Below are positions 16,097 through 23,590 of a stretch of 32,000 nucleotides of DNA, in pieces. Source of the DNA: Geobacter metallireducens GS-15 (lineage in GTDB: Bacteria > Desulfobacterota > Desulfuromonadia > Geobacterales > Geobacteraceae); assembly GCF_000012925.1 (NCBI RefSeq), contig NC_007517.1, forward strand, positions 3,300,001 to 3,332,000. The letters run 5' to 3'. The notes beneath the pieces were generated by a model. The model worked only from the letters and a program-made list of their open reading frames with translations, searched no databases and was not told the DNA's origin. Each line of letters begins with the position of its first letter. The stretch's first letter is position 1. The position numbers and the translations under genes were made by a program.

Positions 16097-16771
16097 ATGA
16101 GCGCCCATAACGAGCAAGCATTGCATACAGAGCATGCGGAACACGCTGAGTATATCTACCTTACCCCAATGCCGGTCAGAATCTGGCACTGGATCAACGC
16201 CCTCGGCATCGTTACCCTCTGTGTCACCGGGCTCCAGATCAGGTTCCCCGAATACGTGAACATCTTCGGGACCTACAAAGCCGCCATCAGGCTCCACAAC
16301 ACCGCCGGCATCACCGTTTCCATCTTCTACGCAATCTGGTTCGCGTACTACCTGATCGTGAAGGGGAATCTCTTCAAGCTCTACGTCCCCAACACCTATG
16401 ACATAAAAATGGGAATTTTCCGGCAGGTGCTTTACTACTTCTACTACTTCTTCAAGGGGGGTCCGAGTCCGCACCACGCCACTCCTGACGACAAATTCAA
16501 CCCGATGCAGAAGGTGGCTTACATGGGGCTGATGCTCGTACTGCTCCCCCTGGTCATCCTGACCGGCATTCTCATCCTCAACGTTGCCCCCCTCAGAGAA
16601 ATGATCATGCTGCTGGGAGGCCTCAAAATTCTCGTCAGCGCCCATTTCCTGATCGCCTGCTGCTTCTGCGCCTTCCTCTTCGTCCATATCTACCTGGCAA
16701 CCATGGGGCACACGATGCTTGCCCACTTCAAGCCCATGTGGGACGGCTGGGAAGAGGTCAAGCACCACTGA
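16097..16771 (+). CDS. cbcB: Membrane dihaem b-type cytochrome (HydC/PhsC/FdnI-like; CbcB-like)
   Basis: 224 aa with about 4 TM helices and conserved His in helices (IWHW, RLHN, SAHF, FVHIY), as in the Ni/Fe-hydrogenase-type cytochrome b family. Appears translationally coupled to the upstream cytochrome c. Confidence 0.8.
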   Translation: MSAHNEQALHTEHAEHAEYIYLTPMPVRIWHWINALGIVTLCVTGLQIRFPEYVNIFGTYKAAIRLHNTAGITVSIFYAIWFAYYLIVKGNLFKLYVPNTYDIKMGIFRQVLYYFYYFFKGGPSPHHATPDDKFNPMQKVAYMGLMLVLLPLVILTGILILNVAPLREMIMLLGGLKILVSAHFLIACCFCAFLFVHIYLATMGHTMLAHFKPMWDGWEEVKHH

Positions 16772-16791
16772 CCCGGGGAGACAGATCTCTC

Positions 16792-16826
16792 AAAGGCGAA
16801 ACGGCCTGCCGTTTCGCCTTTCTTTT
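16792..16826 (+). terminator. Strong rho-independent terminator ending the sigma-54 operon
   Basis: AAAGGCGAAACGG-CCTG-CCGTTTCGCCTTT, a perfect 13-bp stem followed by CTTTT. Confidence 0.8.
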
Positions 16827-16867
16827 GCGCCACTATCCAAACTGAATGGAAAGCAGGGTATTTAAAA

Positions 16868-16896
16868 TTGACTAATCTTGCTTCATTACCTATAAT
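16868..16896 (+). promoter_or_regulatory. Near-consensus sigma-70 promoter for the dodecahaem cytochrome
   Basis: TTGACT - 17 nt - TATAAT with an AT-rich upstream (UP-like) stretch. About 45-nt leader to the ATG at 16947, which has a GAGGAGG SD. Confidence 0.7.
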
Positions 16897-16946
16897 TCGG
16901 CCAGTTCCGGTGTATACAGTATTCAATCATTCCTGAGGAGGCTAAC

Positions 16947-17936
16947 ATGAGATTCCGCTTCACCCTTCCCCTCGTGGCCTGTACACTCGCCGTTGCCGGT
17001 CTTGCCTTCGGCATCAGCATCAAAGACGTGGTCTTCACCACGAAGGACGCTGGCAAGATCGTCTTCAGCCATAAGGTCCATATCGGCAAGAAGGGTATCG
17101 AAAACAACTGCAAGGCCTGTCACCCTGCCATCTTCGACATGAAGAAGAAGGTGACCTACACCATGGCCGACATGGAAAAGGGAAAATCATGCGGCGCCTG
17201 CCATACCGGGAAAGATGGCGTATTCCCCCTCAAGGATTGCGCCCGATGCCACGCGGTGAAGGAAATCACCTACCAGGTGAAGTCCGCGGGTCCCACCCCC
17301 TTCAGTCACAAGAAACACCTGGCCAAGTACTCAGACTGCGGCGCCTGCCATCCCAAGCTCTTCAAGGCCGGCCACAACAAGCCGGTCACCATGGCCGAAA
17401 TGGAGAAAGGGAAGTCCTGCGGCGCCTGTCATAACGGCAAGTCGGCCTTCAGCGTGAATGAATGTGCACGCTGCCACCTGGTGAAGGAAGTGGGGCTCAC
17501 CTCAAAGGAAACCGGCAAGATCATTTTCAGCCACAAACTCCATGCAGCAAAGAGGAAGTGCGGAGAATGCCATAACAAGCTCTATGAAGCGGGCCGCAAC
17601 AAGCCGGTCGGCATGGCTGCCATGGAAAAGGGGAAATCCTGCGGGGCCTGCCACAACGGCAAGGGACTCTTCGACGTGAAGCAGTGTGCCAAGTGCCACC
17701 CCGTCAAAGCTGTAAACTTCAAAGTATCGGGAGCTGGACCGGTCAAATTCAGCCACGATGTCCACCTTGCGATGTACAGTTGCAACGCCTGCCACACCAA
17801 GATCTTCAAAGCGGGCCGCAGCGCCAAGGTAGTGACCATGTTCGAAATGGAGAAGGGGAAATCGTGCGGCGCCTGCCACGACGGCAAGAAAGCCTTCAGT
17901 GTACGCGAGGACTGCGTGAAATGCCACGACATGTAG
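16947..17936 (+). CDS. Periplasmic dodecahaem cytochrome c made of four c7-type trihaem domains (GSU1996/GSU0592 family)
   Basis: 329 aa with a signal peptide and twelve CxxCH motifs in four repeats. Each repeat has the pattern ..C.ACHP.(I/L)F... M(E)KGKSCGACH.GK ....C.(R/K)CH; the MEKGKSCGACH unit recurs 4 times at spacings of about 225 to 232 nt. Confidence 0.9.
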   Translation: MRFRFTLPLVACTLAVAGLAFGISIKDVVFTTKDAGKIVFSHKVHIGKKGIENNCKACHPAIFDMKKKVTYTMADMEKGKSCGACHTGKDGVFPLKDCARCHAVKEITYQVKSAGPTPFSHKKHLAKYSDCGACHPKLFKAGHNKPVTMAEMEKGKSCGACHNGKSAFSVNECARCHLVKEVGLTSKETGKIIFSHKLHAAKRKCGECHNKLYEAGRNKPVGMAAMEKGKSCGACHNGKGLFDVKQCAKCHPVKAVNFKVSGAGPVKFSHDVHLAMYSCNACHTKIFKAGRSAKVVTMFEMEKGKSCGACHDGKKAFSVREDCVKCHDM

Positions 17937-17972
17937 TAATTCAGGTCTCTTGCTGACGAAATGATCACCCAG

Positions 17973-17996
17973 GGGCGGGAGTTCCGACTCCCGCCC
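17973..17996 (+). terminator. Hairpin after the dodecahaem gene (possible weak terminator or attenuator)
   Basis: GGGCGGGAG-TTCCGA-CTCCCGCCC, a perfect 9-bp GC-rich stem. The trailing sequence TTGCATTAT is only weakly U-rich. Confidence 0.45.
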
Positions 17997-18057
17997 TTGC
18001 ATTATCGGCCGAACGGGTTATTCTCTAACTTAAAAGAACCTCATCCAGGGAGCGCCC

Positions 18058-18906
18058 ATGCTGAAAAGCTTCGCCGCCAAGGCAACCGTGCCGCCCGCCA
18101 TCGCCGTAACAGGATTCGTCGTAGTCTGTTGCATCCTCCTCTACTCGGTCATCAAGACCGACATGCTCAATGATGCCATAGAGCACGAAACCAATCTGGC
18201 CGGAACCATCGTCAAATCGGCCCGCTACGCCATGCTGAAGGACGACCGGGAGACATTACGCAACATCATTGACAACATAGGCCAGCAGAAGGGGGTTGAG
18301 CACACCCGCATCTTCAACAAGAAAGGGGTCATCATGTTCTCGGCCCACACCGAGGACGTGAACAAACTCGTCGACAAAAAGGCCGCTGGATGCATCGCCT
18401 GCCATACCGGCCCGGTTCCCCTCACCAGCATGGGAAGGATGGAACAGGCCCGACGCTACATCAACGAACAAGGCCACAGCGTCATCGCCATCACGGTCCC
18501 CATTTACAACGAACCCGATTGCTTCAACGCCGCCTGCCACGTCCACAGCCCCAACCTGAAACTTCTCGGCACTCTGGACATTGGCCTCTCGGAGGAACCG
18601 CTCCAAAAAACGCTCGGTACCCTGCGCGGCAGAATGATCGTCTTCTGCGTCATGGTTCTCATTCTCACGGTTGGGGGAGTCTCCGCGCTCCTGCTCCGCA
18701 ATGTCCTTCTTCCCATCAAGGAATTGGCCAACTATGTTGTTGCCATAAAAAGGGGCGACGCGAACAGAAAAGCTCCGGCCTATCGTGATGAAATCGGCGA
18801 ACTGGCCCGTTCGTTCGAGGAGATGGCAACCAGGCTGACGGCGACTCAGAATGAGTCGAAACAACAGCGGTCAGCCGAAGGCGACGGCGCCGACAGCCGT
18901 TCCTGA
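18058..18906 (+). CDS. Membrane haem-c sensor plus HAMP protein with no output domain
   Basis: 282 aa: TM1, a periplasmic domain homologous to the kinase sensor at 10418 (CIACH at 18391..18405, CFNAACH at 18520..18540), TM2, HAMP (DEIGELARSFEEMATRL), then about 20 residues and a stop. Confidence 0.8.
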   Translation: MLKSFAAKATVPPAIAVTGFVVVCCILLYSVIKTDMLNDAIEHETNLAGTIVKSARYAMLKDDRETLRNIIDNIGQQKGVEHTRIFNKKGVIMFSAHTEDVNKLVDKKAAGCIACHTGPVPLTSMGRMEQARRYINEQGHSVIAITVPIYNEPDCFNAACHVHSPNLKLLGTLDIGLSEEPLQKTLGTLRGRMIVFCVMVLILTVGGVSALLLRNVLLPIKELANYVVAIKRGDANRKAPAYRDEIGELARSFEEMATRLTATQNESKQQRSAEGDGADSRS

Positions 18907-19474
18907 TCCGTCGCTCATGGCCGACATCCGTGACCCATCCTCCATGAAGCGCTTCCAGCCCCCCCCTCCCAAGCCCGACGCAACGGGCACCCCCCCGGAC
19001 AGGGACGCGGTGCGACAGGAAACCGTTCAACGGATCAAACGACTCCGAAGCAAGTCGAACCGCGGCCTCTGGGCCATGGCTCTCTTCATCGCCGTCAGTA
19101 TCGTTGCGTTAGGGGACTTCAGCATCCTCCCCCCGCTCCCTCCATCGATCCGCGCAACCCTCGGAAAGCCACCCTCCGCCATCATGATCAGCGGAGCCCT
19201 CGTTCTCTATACTTTCTCGGCGATCATCCTCATCCTTTCGCGCATGATGGGAGGAAAGGAAGAGTACAGCGGTTTTGCCCATGTGGGATACCTCGCCGCC
19301 TTCTACGGCTTCTACCATTTCGCCAAGGCCCTCAATGAGAATTTTTGGGCGGTCTTTGTTGCAGGCGTCACCATCCTGGGGCTCGAAAGCTACCACATCT
19401 GGAACTTCTGCAATGAAGCGATCCGCCGCGAGCAGGAGGTTCTCGACTCCATCGAGCGGTTAAGAAAATCGTAG
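18851..19474 (+). CDS. Hypothetical integral membrane protein (about 4 TM) with Pro-rich N-terminus; start uncertain
   Basis: The 207-aa ORF overlaps the upstream gene by 56 nt. Alternative ATGs at 18917 and 18944 remove the overlap; none has a clear SD. The hydrophobic helices (LWAMALFIAVSIVAL, AIMISGALVLYTFSAIILIL, VGYLAAFYGFYHF, FWAVFVAGVTILGL) support that it is coding. Confidence 0.6.
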   Translation: MSRNNSGQPKATAPTAVPDPSLMADIRDPSSMKRFQPPPPKPDATGTPPDRDAVRQETVQRIKRLRSKSNRGLWAMALFIAVSIVALGDFSILPPLPPSIRATLGKPPSAIMISGALVLYTFSAIILILSRMMGGKEEYSGFAHVGYLAAFYGFYHFAKALNENFWAVFVAGVTILGLESYHIWNFCNEAIRREQEVLDSIERLRKS

Positions 19475-19555
19475 CATCTCCGTGCTCCTTCCTCCCATCC
19501 CCGTCACAGGAGTTCGGCTGAAAACCCTTGACGAATTCCGGCATACTTGTTAGCT

Positions 19556-19583
19556 TTGTTCCGAGGTTACGCTGTTTTATAAT
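19556..19583 (+). promoter_or_regulatory. Sigma-70 promoter candidate for the thi leader
   Basis: TTGTTC - 16 nt - TATAAT (19578..19583), placing the transcription start a few nt before the riboswitch P1 stem. Confidence 0.35.
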
Positions 19584-19595
19584 CACATAGAACCA

Positions 19596-19690
19596 ACTCG
19601 CTAGGGGAGTTTCGACTGAGAGTCCGACGCGCTGCTACGGACAACCCTTTGAACCTGATCCGGATAATGCCGGCGTAGGGAAGCGTTCCA
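19596..19690 (+). promoter_or_regulatory. TPP (THI-box) riboswitch
   Basis: CGCU-AGGGGAG...CUGAGAG...ACCCUUUGAACCUGAUCCGGAUAAUGCCGGCGUAGGGA-AGCG carries the conserved THI-element blocks, and P1 closes (CGCU/AGCG). Sits directly upstream of thiS. Confidence 0.9.
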
Positions 19691-19712
19691 CCATGGTCTA
19701 TTCCACGACCAC

Positions 19713-19736
19713 GGGCCGCTTCTGCGGCCTTTTTTG
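19713..19736 (+). terminator. Riboswitch expression-platform terminator
   Basis: GGGCCGC-TTCT-GCGGCC followed by TTTTTTG, between the aptamer and the thiS start. Confidence 0.7.
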
Positions 19737-19791
19737 TTTACGCGACCAGATGCCGGTTTCGACGAACCGGCACCCATACTCGGAGAACACA

Positions 19792-19989
19792 ATGGAAATC
19801 ATCGTCAACGGCGAAGCACGGGCTGCCACCCCCATGTCGATGCTTGAGCTTCTTCGCTCCCTCGACATCGACCCCCGCCGGGTGGCGGTAGAACTGAACC
19901 ACGACATTCTTCCCAAGGGTGAATACGAATCCACCATCCTCAACGACGGAGACCGGATCGAGATCGTCCACTTTGTGGGCGGGGGATAA
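19792..19989 (+). CDS. thiS: Sulfur-carrier protein ThiS
   Basis: 65 aa from the internal ATG (GGAGAA SD), MEIIVNGE..., ending in the diagnostic ..HFVGGG. The longer track ORF (19693) spans the riboswitch terminator and is rejected. Confidence 0.9.
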   Translation: MEIIVNGEARAATPMSMLELLRSLDIDPRRVAVELNHDILPKGEYESTILNDGDRIEIVHFVGGG

Positions 19990-20004
19990 CAAAGGAGACT
20001 ACCC

Positions 20005-20779
20005 ATGTCCACTACGAACGACAAGCTGATCATCGCCGGCCGGGAATTCAGCTCCCGCCTCATGGTCGGAACCGGCAAATACGCCAGTAACGAGCAGATG
20101 GTGGCGGCCCTGGAGGCCTCGGGAGCCGAGATCATCACCGTGGCGGTGCGGCGAGTCAACATCACCGACCGCTCCAAGGAGTCGCTCCTGGACTTCATCG
20201 ACACCAGGAAATACACGCTTCTTCCCAATACCGCCGGCTGCTACACGGCCGACGACGCGGTCCGCACCTGCCGACTCGCCCGGGAAGCGGGGATGAGCGA
20301 CATGGTTAAACTGGAGGTTCTCGGCAACGAGACGACCCTCTACCCCGACAACGAGGAGCTCCTCAAGGCGGCCAAGATCCTCGTCAAGGACGGGTTCACA
20401 GTCCTTCCCTATACGAGCGACGACCCCATCATCTGCAAGAAGCTGGAGGACATCGGCTGTGCCGCAGTCATGCCGCTTGGCGCACCCATCGGGAGCGGCC
20501 TCGGCATCCGCAACCCTTACACCATCCGGATCATCATGGAGACGGTAAAGGTGCCGGTCATCGTTGACGCCGGCGTGGGAACGGCCTCTGACGCGGCCAT
20601 TGCCATGGAACTGGGGGTTGACGGCGTCCTCATGAACACCGGCATCGCCGGCGCCCAGAATCCCATCGCCATGGCCGAGGCCATGAACCTGGCGGTGCGG
20701 GCCGGGCGGCTCGCCTACCGGGCGGGGCGCATCCCGAAAAAGCTCTACGCCACCGCATCGAGCCCCATCGAGGGGATGA

Positions 20780-20787
<8 letters not shown>
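20005..20787 (+). CDS. thiG: Thiazole synthase ThiG
   Basis: 260 aa with typical ThiG sequence ([39 protein letters not shown]). Confidence 0.9.
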
Positions 20788-21421
<634 letters not shown>

Positions 21422-21424
21422 CCA

Positions 21425-22384
21425 ATGCCCGATTTGCTCATCAACCCCGATCTCCGCTTCAATTCGTACGGCACGTACCTGCGCCGCCGCTTCGGCTGCC
21501 GCGTGAGCAAGGTGAACGTGGATGGCGGATTCACCTGCCCCAATCGCGACGGCACTCGGGGGACAGGGGGGTGCATCTACTGCGACAATGCCTCCTTCTC
21601 GCCGGGGGGCACCGTGGCCGAAATACCGATCGAGATTCAGATGGCCGAGGGGATGGCCTATCACCGGCGCCGCCTCGGGAGCGAGAAATTCATCGTCTAC
21701 TTTCAGAAGTTCACCAACACCTACGCCCCGGTGGAGCGACTCCGGGACCTCTACGCCCGGGCACTGGCCCATCCGGACGTAATCGGCATCTCCGTCGGCA
21801 CCCGCCCCGATTCCCTGTCGGACGAGGCCTTGGACCTTCTGGCCGATCTGGCGAAACGTCACTACGTCTGTATCGAGCTGGGCCTCCAGTCCATGGACGA
21901 CAAAATCCTCCAACAGATTGGCCGTGGCCACACCCTGACCGAATACCTGGAGGCGGTTGCACGGATCGAGGGACGGGGGATCGAGCTCTGCACCCACCTG
22001 ATCTACGGCTTCCCCGGCGAGACCCGCGACGGGTTCCTGCGAACCGCCGACATGATGGCGGGGCTTCCCGTGAACTCGGTGAAGATCCACCAACTCCACG
22101 CGGTGAAGGGGACGCGGCTGGCGGAATTGTACCACCAGGGCGACTTCGTTCCCATCACCCACCAGGAGTACGTGGCCACCGCCTGCGACTTCCTGGAGAT
22201 CCTGCCGCCGCGCATCGCCATCCAGCGACTCTACGGCTCGGCCCCCCTCACCATCCGGGTTGCTCCCACTTGGAATCTGAAGAACAACCAGATGTGGTTT
22301 TCGATCGTGAACGAGCTGAAACGCCGCGGCACCTGGCAGGGATGCCGACTTACCGACTCATGCCTCAAGGCGGGTAACTTGTAG
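21425..22384 (+). CDS. Radical SAM protein, TIGR01212 (YhcC-like) family
   Basis: 319 aa. The N-terminal VDGGFTCPNRDGTRGTGGCIYCDN cluster motif is characteristic of TIGR01212 as I recall it. Starts 3 nt after the thiE stop. Confidence 0.75.
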   Translation: MPDLLINPDLRFNSYGTYLRRRFGCRVSKVNVDGGFTCPNRDGTRGTGGCIYCDNASFSPGGTVAEIPIEIQMAEGMAYHRRRLGSEKFIVYFQKFTNTYAPVERLRDLYARALAHPDVIGISVGTRPDSLSDEALDLLADLAKRHYVCIELGLQSMDDKILQQIGRGHTLTEYLEAVARIEGRGIELCTHLIYGFPGETRDGFLRTADMMAGLPVNSVKIHQLHAVKGTRLAELYHQGDFVPITHQEYVATACDFLEILPPRIAIQRLYGSAPLTIRVAPTWNLKNNQMWFSIVNELKRRGTWQGCRLTDSCLKAGNL

Positions 22385-22410
22385 GGCGGGTCTCAAACCC
22401 GCCCTTTTTT
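22384..22410 (+). terminator. Rho-independent terminator ending the thi/radical-SAM transcript
   Basis: GGGCGGGT-CTCAA-ACCCGCCC followed by TTTTTT, overlapping the TAG stop. Confidence 0.8.
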
Positions 22411-22423
22411 CAGGAGGAACATC

Positions 22424-23080
22424 ATGACGTTTGCCACCCTGGCAGGAAGCGCCACGGAATACCCCATCGGCAAGATCCTCTGCATTGGCCGCAACTATGC
22501 GGAACACATCAAGGAACTGGGGAACGAAACCCCGGATGCGCCGGTCATTTTCACCAAACCCGCCACGTCGGTCATCGGTGATGGCGACGCCATTGTGATT
22601 CCCCCTTACTCCAGAGACTGCCACCACGAAGCGGAACTGGCGGTCCTCATCGGGACAGCGGGAAAAGATATCCCCGTTGAACGCGCCCTGGAACACGTGG
22701 CCGGCTACGGTGTCGCCATCGACCTGACGCTACGGGACGTGCAGGCCGAGCTCAAGAAGAAAGGGCTCCCCTGGGACATCGCCAAGGGGTTCGACACCGC
22801 CTGCCCCCTCTCTCCTTTTGTGCCTGCCGACCGGGTCGCCGATCCGCAAGACCTGCGGATTATCCTGACCGTCAACGGCGAAACGCGCCAGGACGGCTCA
22901 ACCTCCCTCATGATCCACACGGTCCGCGAGATCATCAGCCATATGTCGGGGATATTCACCCTGGAACCGGGGGACGTGATCCTCACCGGAACCCCCGCCG
23001 GCGTCAGCCCCATTGTTTCGGGAGATCGTCTCGTGGCTGAGATACCGGGTGTTGCCCGGCTCCAGGTCTCCGTTAAATAA
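22424..23080 (+). CDS. Fumarylacetoacetate hydrolase (FAH) family protein
   Basis: 218 aa with GRNYAEHI, HHEAEL, KGFDT and LTGTPAGV motifs. AGGAGGA SD. Confidence 0.85.
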   Translation: MTFATLAGSATEYPIGKILCIGRNYAEHIKELGNETPDAPVIFTKPATSVIGDGDAIVIPPYSRDCHHEAELAVLIGTAGKDIPVERALEHVAGYGVAIDLTLRDVQAELKKKGLPWDIAKGFDTACPLSPFVPADRVADPQDLRIILTVNGETRQDGSTSLMIHTVREIISHMSGIFTLEPGDVILTGTPAGVSPIVSGDRLVAEIPGVARLQVSVK

Positions 23081-23168
23081 TTTAAATACTCAAATTATTG
23101 ATTTTATTTTCCGCACCGGGTTATTCTGGCCGAAATCGGTATTGTCAGCAAATTACAGGAGGTGGGCA

Positions 23169-23309
23169 ATGGAAACCCAGAAAACATGCCCGGAGTGCCA
23201 GGGGACGATGTTCCTTCTTCCCGGCTGAGGGACCCTCTTCTGGCGGTGCCAGAAGTGCGGAAAGAAGATGCCGTTCTCGGATAAGGAACCGGCAGGATGT
23301 TGCGGATGA
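23169..23309 (+). CDS. Candidate 46-codon zinc-ribbon mini-protein with an in-frame TGA at 23226..23228 (possible selenocysteine; alternatively a pseudogene)
   Basis: AGGAGG SD 6 nt before the ATG. METQKTCPECQGTMFLLPG-TGA-GTLFWRCQKCGKKMPFSDKEPAGCCG-TGA. The two CxxC pairs of a 4-Cys ribbon lie on opposite sides of the TGA in the same frame. A strong terminator follows the second stop. Confidence 0.4.
23237..23255 (+). other. SECIS-like hairpin downstream of the in-frame TGA
   Basis: CTTCTGGC-GGT-GCCAGAAG, a perfect 8-bp stem with a GGU loop. The stem starts 9 nt after the TGA, and the loop lies about 19 nt from the U of UGA. Confidence 0.35.
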
Positions 23310-23313
23310 GCGG

Positions 23314-23347
23314 AAGGGGATGGAATCCATCCCCTTTCTGATTTTTT
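23314..23347 (+). terminator. Rho-independent terminator after the mini-ORF
   Basis: AAGGGGATGGA-A-TCCATCCCCTT palindrome (an effective stem of at least 8 bp), followed by TCTGATTTTTT. Confidence 0.75.
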
Positions 23348-23482
23348 GGAGCCACCATTTCGATTTCAGACCTTGTCGCCTCTCTCCCCCGGATGGTAAA
23401 ATCGGCGCGGCCATTCTCACGCGATCCCGGATTCCGCTGTGCTGCCGGGAAGCGGTTATCCTAGCGAATCGAACACATGCTC

Positions 23483-23498
23483 GGGTACGCCCTTTGCA
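23483..23498 (+). promoter_or_regulatory. Sigma-54-like -24/-12 element upstream of the chemoreceptor gene
   Basis: gGGtAC-GCCCT-TTGCA with GG and GC in the correct register, about 80 to 95 nt upstream of the ATG at 23591. Confidence 0.3.
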
Positions 23499-23590
23499 TA
23501 TTTTAGGAGATGATCTGATTTCGTGCATCAATCTCTGGACTGATTCATCCCCGATAAATCCTGGGTACGCCATCGCAGAAGGAGACCCCG

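Noticed and set aside
16947-17936. Four-fold periodic DNA repeat (MEKGKSCGACH units), considered as a possible tandem or CRISPR-like array
   Set aside because: The repeats are diverged, in frame and coding. They correspond to four c7-type trihaem domains, so this is intragenic domain duplication rather than a non-coding repeat array.
23076-23099. AT-only inverted repeat AATAATTT-N8-AAATTATT overlapping the FAH gene stop
   Set aside because: It is too AT-rich to be a stable terminator and has no flanking T-run. It could be an operator for the mini-gene promoter, but I have nothing else to support that.
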